Below are positions 14,701 through 26,700 of a stretch of 64,000 nt of DNA, piece by piece. Positions within the stretch are counted from its first letter, which is position 1; each line of letters opens with the position of its first letter. A model generated the notes under the pieces. It was not told the DNA's origin. It ran no database searches and saw nothing but the letters and a program-made list of their open reading frames with translations. A program made the translations under genes and the position numbers. Source of the stretch: Nageia nagi. Taxonomy: Eukaryota > Plantae > Pinophyta. The stretch is taken from the NCBI GenBank assembly GCA_050084985.1, contig JBITNC010000002.1:18352001-18416000 (forward strand). The letters are read 5' to 3'.

Positions 14701-17700
14701 GGCCATGCTTTTTTTTGAAATCCAATATTGTATGTCACATAAGGCGTTAGAAATCTAGTCAGAAAAATCAGTTCCCTTTACAAATCAAAAACTATAAACT
14801 TGAGAAATTAGCTATCAGATGGCATGGTGAGAAATTAGCTATTAGATGGCATGGTGAGATGTAGAATGTAGCAGAACTTAAATTTTTTTTCTGTTTTTAT
14901 TTGTATGATACTCTAAAATAAAATGCAGATACCAATCTTTCACTATTCAAAGTCAAACTGTATACCACCCATTCCCTGAAAAATCCCATCAAAATCAGAA
15001 CGTTGGAATGCTGTTCATATGTGGCTGCTATACTCATCTGACTCACTGCCATAATCATCCGTCTCCACCCTGTGTTTGTTGAAAAAACAATTTGCCCAAT
15101 TTCTTATATTTTCTAAATGCCCAACAGAACCAAATGAAAAATGGCAACTGTTTATATTTGCAGTTTTGTTTTTTAATTTTGAAAATTTTAAGTTTCAACC
15201 AGTTAACTATTTGTTTATGATTTCCGTTTATTGATTAATTTGAGGAGGTTGTGTTAAGAGTGCCAAGATGCTTGCTAGGTTGCTGGAGGAGGTTGTGTTA
15301 GAGGTGGGGATGGAGAGAGTTGTCCAAGTGATTACAGACAACGCAGCAGCATGAAAGGAATAGAGGTCAAAGGCAAAAACAACATTCCAAGCCAAGATCA
15401 CAGACATGCAAAGCATCACAAGAAACACCAAAGAGAAGCTCAAAGACTGATTGAAGCCTTGCATAAATAACAAGTTACAATATGAGCCATTGGATCAAAA
15501 CACTCTCAACCATTCGATCGTGGGAGTTACAAAGCAATCATAACCACCGATCATGGGAGTTACAAAATACTCTCCACCACTAGATTAACTAGGAAAAGGA
15601 CAAAAAGAAAAAAAGAAACCTAATATCCTAGTACATAATTAACATGTACTCTAACACCCTCCCTTAACTAATACTAGAAGGAAGTGGAAACAAACAAGGC
15701 CAAAAAACAAGTGGAATATCCACAAATATGAGTCCTGGCAACAACGCTTGATCAGGTACTCATCTATAGTAAGTCCATAAAACTCTGCTGAAAGATGATG
15801 AAAAATCACATGGGAAAAAACCATCAATCTTTAGAGAAGAAAAGAAGAAAGATGGAGAGAAAGATGTCCTTCAACACCCCCAAGGAAAATTTCTATCACC
15901 CCAAGCAAGAAAGGTGATGAAAAGATGTCTGGAGCAATACCCCCTTTAGGACAATTGTCATTCAAGGGAGAACTGCAAATGCTCCATGTGATATCCCCAA
16001 AATATGTAGATGCCTTTTCGCCAAACTGAATATCTCCCACGAGGAAGAAAGAAGCTAGAAGGCATACATCGAAATTCTTCCCACTCCAAAAAAAGTGTGA
16101 GGAAAGAACATGAAGGTTGGTACTTGTGACGATGAATGAAACTGCGAACCATGTTGAAGTGAAGCAATCACCAATAAACTAGGAAGTGTAGAAGGACCAT
16201 TGTATTGTTGCTCAAGGAAAATAGCTATGGAAGCAATAAGAGGTAAAGAAGCCTCAAAATAGTCTCCAAGATCTCCTAAAGAGAGTCCAATCGAAGATAC
16301 TTATGAGAAAATCTCACAAGACTCCTAATGAAAGATAAAGAAAGCAAAAGAATGCTCCAAGGCAACAAGAGTAGAAGGACAAGGTGGCTCATCAAAACAA
16401 GGAAGGCCCAACACAATAGAGTCTTCAAAATGCTTTGCATCGACAAGATATGGAGGCAAATATCCTCATGAAGGTCAACAACATCCAAAATGTATGACTC
16501 TATGAAAAGAGAAGCAACTCCATCCAAAATGTCCTCGTCGAATGTGATCTCTGAAGAAGCTAAAGCCATGCAAATGTCCTGCAATAGAGTGTTTGTAACT
16601 GGATTAGAAACATCATCCTCATCCAAAACATCCTTATGCATCAAAGATTCTTCATCACAAGATGATATATCCTCAATGTGTGCACAAATAATGGAAAAAT
16701 CCATGTGAGGAGATGGTGGTAAATCCTAGTTAACAGGGGGCAAAACATCACTAGAAACCATGCTAGTAGTGTATCTAATAAGAGCAAAAACATAACCTGA
16801 TCTAGGGTACCAAAAATGCCACCCATATGTGTAAGGACAAGGCTTAGAAATAAGACCAAGAAGATATGGCAAAAGATAGAACCTAAGTGCTCAACAAGTT
16901 GATCTCCCAAACGTCCTCAAGCTGGGCGAACCTCCTCAAGCTGGGCCAACCTTCCAAAAGGCTTAAATGACTGGATCTGAAGGCCGGATCTGATCTTTGG
17001 AACACAATTGCTCTAGAGCACCTCGTGAATCTTGTGAGAGATACACTCCTATGAACACAAGGTTTCTCGTTCTTGGTTAACAAAAGCTCCTTGAGGGTTT
17101 TCATCCTCAAGAAACCTCCTCACTACAGGTTTTCATCCACATGAAGGGAAGAAACTAGCTTGGCGGCTAAGTCTCAAAGAAGATGTCCTTCAAGTGATGT
17201 GCCACACCCTTATATAGTTGGATGTCCCATTTTGTGGGTCTAGATCTCACTTCGAAGTCATGCACAACTGGACGCCTCACCTAGGATCTCACAATGCCAT
17301 TTCGGAAGAGTAAAAATCATACCTAGAGAGCTACGCTACAAGATTACAAGTGAGAACATAAATTAATGCCTCAAAAATATTAAAATCACTCCTAGATATG
17401 CGACATCCCACAAAGAGAGGATTAATCATCTTTTGGGGCTCACAATTATTCATAAAGTCCCATTATTATTTAAAATATAAAAAATAACTTCTAAATTAAT
17501 TAAATTGCAATCACACATCCTTAGGAGAGGGACGTCCCACCCTTGGTGGTCAAATAAGTCATAATGAAGCAAATGAATAGAGCGCTCCATGTGTGCATAA
17601 TTGGATAGTCCTCCACAAGACTCCAAGCTCCCCCTTGGGCCCCATGAACCTTATGAGAAGCTCCAACGTGTCGAAAATCACCATCAAGATGCCAAGTGTC

Positions 17701-20700
17701 CTCCAAATCATGACACATCTTGCTTGGATGTGGGACATACTCCTCCAAATAGGCCATATCATCTTCAAAATATACTTTATTGAAAGGATGTAAAAATGGG
17801 AACATTACAAGTCCACCCCACTCAAAATTGCTAGTCCTCAAGCAATGCCAGATTAGATGCATGACTCCATTCACTGCAACAAGATCTTCAATATCAAGAT
17901 CATAAGCAAATATGAAATACACTAACTCATGAGCATGCATGTCCATCCTAGCAGCTATTGCCCCATGAGCCCAAAGGTAAAACACCCAAAACATCACAGA
18001 AGTTTCAGCTAAGAACATCACACCCAACACCACCTCAAGGTCCTTCTTCATCATTGCATAGATGAAATCTACTAGCTGGTGCATGTGCACATCAGTCCCA
18101 AACTCTGTGGAAAACACAGCCATCCTCATCAACTCCATGGCAGCCTCAAACCACATTTGTTATCCCAGATGCAAGCCCAAACATCACCATTGCAGCCTAT
18201 ATCACCATCAAGTCTGCAGTCCAAATCAGCACAAATGCAGCTCCTAAAACAGCCCCGAACCATATGAAACATACTGTTGTTCTCAATGGGTCTGCTGTTC
18301 CCAATTGTTGAGATGACAGTCCCAGATATCATCATTACAACAGCAGTGAGCAATATCAAAAACTCAGTCCAAAAAAAACCAAATGCAGCAGCAAACACAG
18401 GAAAAGAATCACAGCTGTTATTAACAAAAGTGCAGTCCTAAATGTCATCAACGGCACATAAAATCCAACAGTGCCAAACATACAACATACCATGTCACAA
18501 CAACAGTCAAGATCACAGCAAACATACCACAAGATCCAAACCAAATTCAATCACAACCTTCAATGCAAAAACATCGAACTCCCAGATTACATCACGAACA
18601 AGTCTCAAAAGACCAAACCATTACTCACCTCTTGTCTATCTAGACAGAGAGTCCAAAAATTGCAACAGTAGCTCAAACATGAAATCTCAATGATTACATG
18701 CAAACCAAAATGAACATATAATCTTCTAGTGTTCTTCATTAGCATTTACCCCCCAATGCATACGACTCTTCACCTAAGGGTAGGACCTGTCAATGTACAA
18801 CGATTTGTTCTCTCAAGTGTCTAGGATCTCCTCGGCAAATTGCCCTAAGTGGACTGCCCTCCAGATGATGCAGTCTGAGCCAATCAAGCCTCCCTAAATC
18901 TGGACGTCCAACTTGGATGCTTGAATCTGGATACTTAAAACTCCCAACGTCCACCTTGCTTGTCCTTTGGACCAAATTCACCCCATGCTCCCTGTAATCT
19001 GAGATTTCATGTTGCATGTTGAGATCCTTATCCTTCATTTCCTCCTTCAAATCAGAAATGAAACTTTCCTCCTTCATCATATACTACCTCCAATTTGCTT
19101 GAAGTTCCTTGTTGAGGGTAGCGATCTTTCATTCCCCTTAAGGTGATCTCACGTCCTTGAGACTTGAATCTCATCTCCAAGGTTTGATAATTGGTGTAGA
19201 TCTCTCCCAAGGAATACAACCATTGTACCCCAAGCACCATGTGGGGAAATCCACCAATCGAAAAAACATAGAAATCATCTCTCACCACATAATCCTCTAG
19301 TCTAACTCCAAGCTTCTTCACCACCTTGTCGCAAAGAGAGATCTGACCATTGGTGTTTGCTACTCGGAATCCAAAAAAATCCTCAAATAGGAGACTCTTC
19401 TTCACCACAAACCCCTCATCGATGAAATTGTGGGTTGCCCCACCATCAATCAAGACAATAACATCCTCTTTGATTGCCTTTCCTTGCACCCGAAGAGTTA
19501 GGTACTTGGATGCCCAAAAATTGTGGGCATCCTAGATCTGGCCGTTTAGACTCCACTCGCACGAGATCTGGCTGCTCAAGATCCTCCAAATCTAGCTCCA
19601 TGTCTAACTCCTCATCATCCGAAATCACTTCAACATAATGGATTTTTCCTTTGCCAAGGCAACGGTGACCCAACTCCCATGGATTCCTACAACTTCTTCC
19701 ACTCCAAATCATTCCTAGTAGCCTCATCCATCTTTTTGGTAGCAAGGGGTAACTGACTCTTCAGGAAGTTGGACGAACTCTTCTTAGTGGAATAGTGGGT
19801 TTGGATCTCATCATAGCAAGCTCCAAGGTTAACACTCTTTTGATGGCATCCTATTGGGAAGTGGGGGCAAAAGCCTTCACCATGCCCCTCAATGGTTCCA
19901 TCAAACCCTCTATAAACAAAAACAACACCCTCTTCTCTGAAATGTTTGGCACCATAACGGAGATTCGCTGAAACTCGACAATGTAGGCCTCCACATTGCT
20001 CTTCTGCCTCATTGATGCTAGATCCCAAAAATACTCGTCCTCATCCTTTAGATCAAAGCGCTCCAAGACTCTTCAACTAAACTCTCCAAAGGTACAAACA
20101 AATTTATGGCCTAATGTAGTTAAGCCATGAAACCACCAATCATATGCAACTTCGTCCAAGTGTAGAGTTGAAAACTGCATAGCATCCTCTTCTAGCATGG
20201 GGCTAAGGGTGAAGTATGTTTTCAATTTCTGCAACCATGCCCTAGTCGTCATCTTGTTACTCCCATCATACATCGATACTTGCATCCGACTAATCTTGAG
20301 CTGAAGATCTCTCCTATCTCTATAGTGTCCTCCTGGTAAATGGCCTCCTCCAACTCTCTTCCCCAATATTTCGGGATAATTCTGGAAAATGATCAAAGCT
20401 TTGAACTATTCATCATTCCCTTGGTACTCCCGCTATAGGGCATTCAACTCCAAGGGGGTCACGAAACTCGGATCTACTTCTTCCTTTTGCAAGAACATAA
20501 GCCTAGACGACCTAAGTAGAGGTGGAAGACGCTCAAAGGATGGACGCACGAGTGACTGCCTTGCTGACATCTTTCCTCCTCGTGGATCCAACATGGGTCC
20601 TTGAAATGCAGGTTGGGTGGACTCTTTCCTGGTGGAACTTTCTCCTTGCATCGACTGAACAACTCCTTGCTCCATCTTGGGTGACAATCTTGTCATCATG

Positions 20701-23700
20701 TCAAGCATAGCATCAAATTTCCTCTCGGCTCTATCATTATAGTTTTAAACCATTTCCTCGTGCCTTTCTTCGTCTCCATGCATCTCTCCTTCGAACCTAT
20801 CCTCCATCTGATCCATCTCCTCTCCTTCTGGCCGGATCTGAAGATTTGGATTCAACTTATTCTTCCTTATGTAGTATCAATGAGTAGATTGCATCAATAC
20901 TCACTACACAAGCTACCAAGAAACCAACTCTGATACCACTGTAATGTCCCAAGTTAGCACAAATAATATTTTACTCAAAATTGCAAAATGCAAATTCCAA
21001 ATCACGACAATTTTATTTGAGCCACAAATAAATCAAATCTAGAATAAATGACAATTGTGCAATTGCAAAAATGCTCAAAATTTGTCCACGGGTTGGACAT
21101 CTCACTCTAAGCCACAAACAACTAGATCTAATACACCTAAAAATGCTCACAATGCTCCTCAACACTGAACAAACCACTGTAAGGCTGAGAAACAGAAAAT
21201 TGACCTTCTAGGCTAGGTGCACACTCCCACAAGCTAGAAAAACCCCCTCAAGCTGGGCAAACCTTCCAAAAGGCTTAAATGACTAGATCTAAAGGTTGGA
21301 TCTAATCTCTGAAACACAATTGCTTTGGAGCACCCCGTGAATCCTGTGAGAGATCAACTCCTATGAACACAAGGGCTTTCGTCATTGGTTCACAAAAGCT
21401 CCTTGAGGGTTTTTGTCCTAGAGAAACCTCCTTACTACGGGTTTTCATCCACAGGAAGGGAAGAAACTAGCTTAACGGCTAAATCTCAAAGAAGATGATG
21501 AATAGCAAAAGAAGTCCTTCAATTGATGTGCCACACCCTCATATAGTTGGACATCCCATTTCAGAGTCTAAAGCTTACCCCGGAGTCATGCACAACTAGA
21601 CACTTCACCTAAGATCTCACAATGCCACTTAGGAAGAGTAGAAATCACACCTAGAGAGCTAAGTTACAAGATTACAAGTGATCATAAATTAATGCCTCAA
21701 AGATATCAAAATCACTCCTAGATATGGGGCATCCCACTTAAAGAGGATTAATCCTCTTTTGGGGTTCACAATTATTCATAAAGTCCCATTATTATTTAAA
21801 ATATAAAAATCACTCCTAAATACAAATAAAACACTCCTAACTTAATTAAATTGCAATCACACATCTCTAGAAGAGGAACGTCCCACCCTTGGTAGTCAAA
21901 TAAGTCATAATGAAGCAAATGAGTGGAGCACTCCATTTGTGCATAGCTGGATAGTCCTTCACAAGTCTCCAAACTCCCCCTTAGGGTTTAGGGTTTTTTT
22001 AGGGCTTTTTTTAGGATTTAGGGTTTATATTAAAATTTTTAGCTTTATATTAAAATTTTTAGCTTTATATTAAAAATTTTAAGCTTTATATTAAAATTTT
22101 ACCATATCACTCGCTGCTCACAGATAAACAAACAGAGACACAGATTTCACATAATTGAAATTATCATTGGAGGACAAAAACAAAAGATCTTACAAAGTGT
22201 ACATTGCAAAACCAGTTTCGGATTATGTAATCCTCACCAGTTGCAGTAGTACTTTGAAGAAATAATATGGAAATATGTCAATTAAATAGGCGAGAGGAGG
22301 TTGAAACAATATGTGTTTTCAGAACAGATGCAACTGTTCATCTTCAATTCTCACCAATGGATGAAGGAGCAACACCACATGCTATCAAACTTCATCCCTG
22401 AAATACACAGGAGTCTTTCATGCTAATGAAATAGATTTCATAATAATTTAAATTGATAAACTTCATAAATTTAAATAAACTTAAAGTTTAAATAAATAAT
22501 AAAGTAAATTAATAAAAAGTATTGAATCAATTAAATTTAAATAATCTTACGTAGATTAATAATAATCATTATATAGTAAAATTTAAATAAAACTGATAAT
22601 TAATAATTATAAAATCAGAAAAATGATATAATATCAAAATTCAATTAAAAGTTTATCAAAATTAATATATTAATTTAAAAAATAAATCAAGTAACAAAAT
22701 AATAAAACTATAAATATAGTGTAAACTATATAAAATAGTTAAAACTAATAAATAGTTTAAATTATTAAATTTATTAAAAAATTAATAATATTATATAATA
22801 ATTAATTAAAATAATTAAAACTATATAAATAGTTAAAATTATTAAAATTAAATATTATTTTTAAATAATATAAGGTAATAAAATTTTATAAATTTTAAAA
22901 CCAAATACTATTTATTGAAATCTACTACGTAACAAAAAAGAACCTAGCTTTTTTGGATTTCTCCAACAGGTGATAGGGGGAAGTATGAATGACAGAGCCA
23001 GAACTTCTTGGTAATGCCCATGGAGTTTAGGGTTTAGGAAAACCCCCAACTCCAAGTCTAGAGTAGAAGAGCTGTAGTTAAGCTTGAAGACAAGGGGGTC
23101 CGTTTTCTTCCTCTTGGTGCCTCAAGGAGACGAGAAAGAAGCTCTGGTTTATCTCCCTAGGAGACTTTGTTGAAGCAACGAAGTAGAAATTTTGGTGGGT
23201 ATACTCTAGCCCTCAACCTTTGAAAGAAAGAATTCTTCAACTCTATGAAACCGGTAGTATGAGATTTTCTCAAGAGATACCTACGGAGCTCATTGATAAC
23301 GAATGCTCTCTTCTAGTGTGGAGGATGCCATGACTTGTATGGAATATATTGATAAATGTTTAATGGTTTTGGATAGCACTTTGTGGATAAAATGCCAGAA
23401 GAAGTAAAGCTTGCATCCTTGTAAAACGTAATATCAAGAATGTCTACAAAGAACTGTGAAACACATAGCGTAATGTTGATCTCAAGATAGACGTTTTGGT
23501 AAAGCTGGAAAAAATCCTATAAAGACTCTTTGGAGCCAACCCAGATTCCAAACGCATAATCTATGAACCTCTTAAAAAACAGCAAGTTCTCTTTGTTGAA
23601 GCATGAAAACACTTGCTTCTCCAAGTCGCAGAGGAAGAGACAAGCATAAACCACTACGAAGTTAGAACCCATTGTTGTGCCGCGAATCTGTTGGTACACT

Positions 23701-26700
23701 ACACCGCCAAATTCAAGGTAATACTCAGTCAAAACAAGTTCGGCTAAGCCCATAATAATATCCAGAAGGGGGGCGGGGAGTTCATTTTCTGCAAAGAAAA
23801 CTTCAAGTGTGCAACGGAGAGCCTGAAGTCCAACAGAAGTTGGAATACTTGGGTATAATGACTTTACATCAAAGGTGAAGAGCCAGCAATCCGTGGGAAG
23901 TCTCATGGAGGAGAGACCGCAGAGAAGGGAAAGCGAATCCTTCAAATGCGTCTCTTGCTTCAAGAGGACAAGAAGTAGTAAACAATGCAGTAGTCTTAAG
24001 GTAGGTTCTAAAATGTAGCCCGTATAGGAACAGATTGGTCAGCCCACAAGCACTGGTTTGTGGATTTTTGGCAGCAGAAAGAATGTGCATGGGTGTCCTT
24101 TGGAAGAAAGGTTCTGTAGCAGAAAGCTCTTTAAAGGCTTCAAAAGATTAGAAATACCAATAAAGTGATTTACCTTATTCCATATAAGACACCATGGAAC
24201 CTCCAAGACTTTACGATAGATCGCCTCATCAGAGAATTGTCTAAACCCTTCAGTCGCATACCAATCTCGATCCAAGACGCACAAGCCTAAATTCTTGTCG
24301 GCAGGTCTGATAATAATGTTACGATCTTTGCGCAGGAGCTTCAAGCTTCTGAGAAGACATCTTGGGAGGGGAGGAAGTTTAGTGAAGTCACAATGGGAGA
24401 TGCGATCTTTGAACTCCAATTTACATTTCTGTATGATAGCCTCCAAATCGTTGTTAATCTCTATGGGATTCCAATTGGATTTAGGAATCTTGAAAGGATA
24501 AACGCAGAAAAATGGAAGCAATTCAGTCCTTGCATCAGGTAGTGGAATCGACTTTGGTTCAGGTCCAAAGTATGCACGGAGTCAGATCTTTCGTATGAAT
24601 GATCTGAACTCATCATACATTTCATTCTGGGTCATGGGCGGTGGACGGGGGATAAATTTGATTCCCAAGCCTAAAAGCCTAAAATCACCTTCAAGACACC
24701 AAGTCTCCTCCAAATCACGAAATATCTCTCCTAAATGTGGGATGTACTCCTCCAAATAGGCCATATCATCTTCAAAATATATTTTATGGAAAGGATGTAA
24801 AAATAGGAACATTACATTCATCCAAATGAAATGAAATTTGGACACAAGGTGGCAGAATACAGATGCAGGTCTCCACAAAATTTGGTGAAAAAATTCATAA
24901 CCAATCCAAAGATATCACGAAAATACAACTGCAATACGAAATCTGGATAGGCTTTAGTAGAAACACCATAACTTTCTCAAGATGCATCCAAATCACCTGA
25001 AATTTTGGGAGCATGTGCAAAACCTATAGATGCAGACCTGTACAAAATTTCGTAACAAAATTCATAGTCAATCCTAAGTTACAGAAGCAGTACGAAATCT
25101 GGATAGACTTTCGTAAAAACACCATAACTTTCTCAAAACAAATCCAAATTGCCTGAAATTTGGGGAGCATGTGCAGAACCTGAAGTGCAGTTTTGTACAA
25201 AATTTGGGGAGCATGTGCACAACCTGAAGATACAGCTTTGTACAAAATTTGGTGACAAAACACATAGCCAATCGAAAGATAGTACCAAAACATAGCAGAT
25301 CCTTTTACTGGGTGTCCTCAAAAAAAGCAACGAAACCATCAAATTTTCAAACCTTCATAACTTTCACATACGAGCTCGGATTCAGGTGATTCAAAAAGTA
25401 AAATTGATCTACTTGAAAAAGGATATCCAAATCTATACTCAGAATTCAGATTTGATGGATAAAATATAGTAGTCAGAAAGACAAAGTTTCAAACACAAAC
25501 TCATCCTTCACAATGAACCAAATAAAAAACAAACTTCAAAGGATATCAAGGATGCATACAAAAACTCTATCTAGCTTTGGTACCATGAAAGGAATGGAGG
25601 CCAAAGGCAAAAACAACATTCCAAGCCAAGATCACAGACATGCAAAGCATCACAAGAAACACCAAAGAGAAGCTCAAAGACTTGCATACATAGCAAGTGT
25701 ATACAATATGAGCGATCGGATCAAAAACACTCTCAACCATTAGATCATGGGAGTTACAAAGGAATCATTACCGCCAATCATGGGATTTACAAAATACTCT
25801 CCACCACTCGATTAACTAGGAAAAGGACAAAAAAGAAAAAAGAAACCTAATATCCTAGTAGATACTTAACATGTACTCTAACAGAGGTTGTGTTAAGAGT
25901 GCCAAAATGCTTGCTAGGTTGTTGGAGGAGGTTGTGTTAGAGATGGGGATGAAGAGTGTTGTGCCAAAATGCAGCTGAACAGATTTTGGAGGAAAAATTT
26001 TGTGATGAGCTGAAGTAGGGCTCACTTCTCAAACGTGCCCTAGGAGAGGGACGTTCAGCTTGATGCTACGAAATTGTCCAAACAAGCTCAAAATTACCAT
26101 AATTATCTAACGTCTAGCTAATTTGACAATTAAACTATTTCGAACATGCAAAATATCCCCACAAACTTAATGCAGCAACAAGGAAGCAATAACAAAAATT
26201 TAGCTATGAAAATGCACTTCTAGATCCAACGTCCAAGCATAAGAAGACAAATGGTAAATCGAGATAGCAATAATGTAATTGCATTTGATATAACAAGAGA
26301 ATAGCGCAATTACAATATTTTTTACCTAAGGAGCTTGTACTAAGACTTCCTCCAATTGGATTTTGTTGGATAGCTACGGAGCCTTTCCAATCGTAGTAGC
26401 AACAAGGCCCAACCTAGGGCTTCCCAACTCCTCTGTGATGGAACCAATAGTGTTCGTCTCAAGAAAGTTGAAGTGAGCTTGAGGCTAGCTTCCTATCACC
26501 TCAATACCTCAAATGCAAGTTACCCTACAAGTGGCAGAGATAGAGTTCTCACACTCAATCCAATACAAGGGGGATTTTCATCAATAATCAACATATCTCA
26601 TAATGACTAAGAGTCTCCCTTTTATAGACTATGTAGTCTCTCTTCTAATCTTGCATTGAGATGATCCAACAGTGGAGAGATGTGATCCTGTGCTCATGTT

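Larger units (their letters stand above)
21981..24680 (-). mobile_element. Penelope-like retroelement, 5'-truncated, no C-terminal endonuclease, telomeric-repeat 3' end
   Basis: Interrupts the 5' LTR of element B, with boundaries set by comparison to the intact partner LTR (17581-17809). Carries a PLE RT, an AT-rich 3' UTR, hammerhead motifs and a (CCCTAAA)n-like terminus. Confidence 0.9.
16905..24816 (-). mobile_element. Gypsy element B (gag plus protease only, chromovirus-like), left boundary uncertain (may extend to 16704)
   Basis: 3' LTR about 16905-17809. 5' LTR 20940-21982 plus 24681-24816, split by the PLE. PBS TGGTATCAGAGT (rc of 20927-20938). PPT gagtggggtggact (rc of 17810-17823). 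Confidence 0.85.
15352..25883 (-). mobile_element. LTR retrotransposon A (non-autonomous/decayed, LTRs about 300 bp), host of nested Gypsy B and the PLE
   Basis: LTRs 15352-15656 and 25586-25883 (TG...CA, highly similar). PBS TGGTACCAAAGC (rc of 25574-25585). PPT rc of ccctcccttaa at 15657-15667. Confidence 0.88.

Noticed and set aside
17521-18156. 211-aa ORF as a host membrane-protein gene
   Set aside because: It runs from the Gypsy internal region through the PPT into the LTR, with no recognisable domain.
21981-22026. True chromosome end or fusion scar
   Set aside because: The tract is only about 45 bp and single-orientation, and the host LTR resumes collinearly at 24681.
22912-24680. Telomerase (TERT) gene or group II intron RT
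   Set aside because: No TERT T/CP motifs or exon structure. The ADKN, PKIHK, GxxMGS and SxHP motifs are PLE-type, and the unit is an insertion within an LTR.
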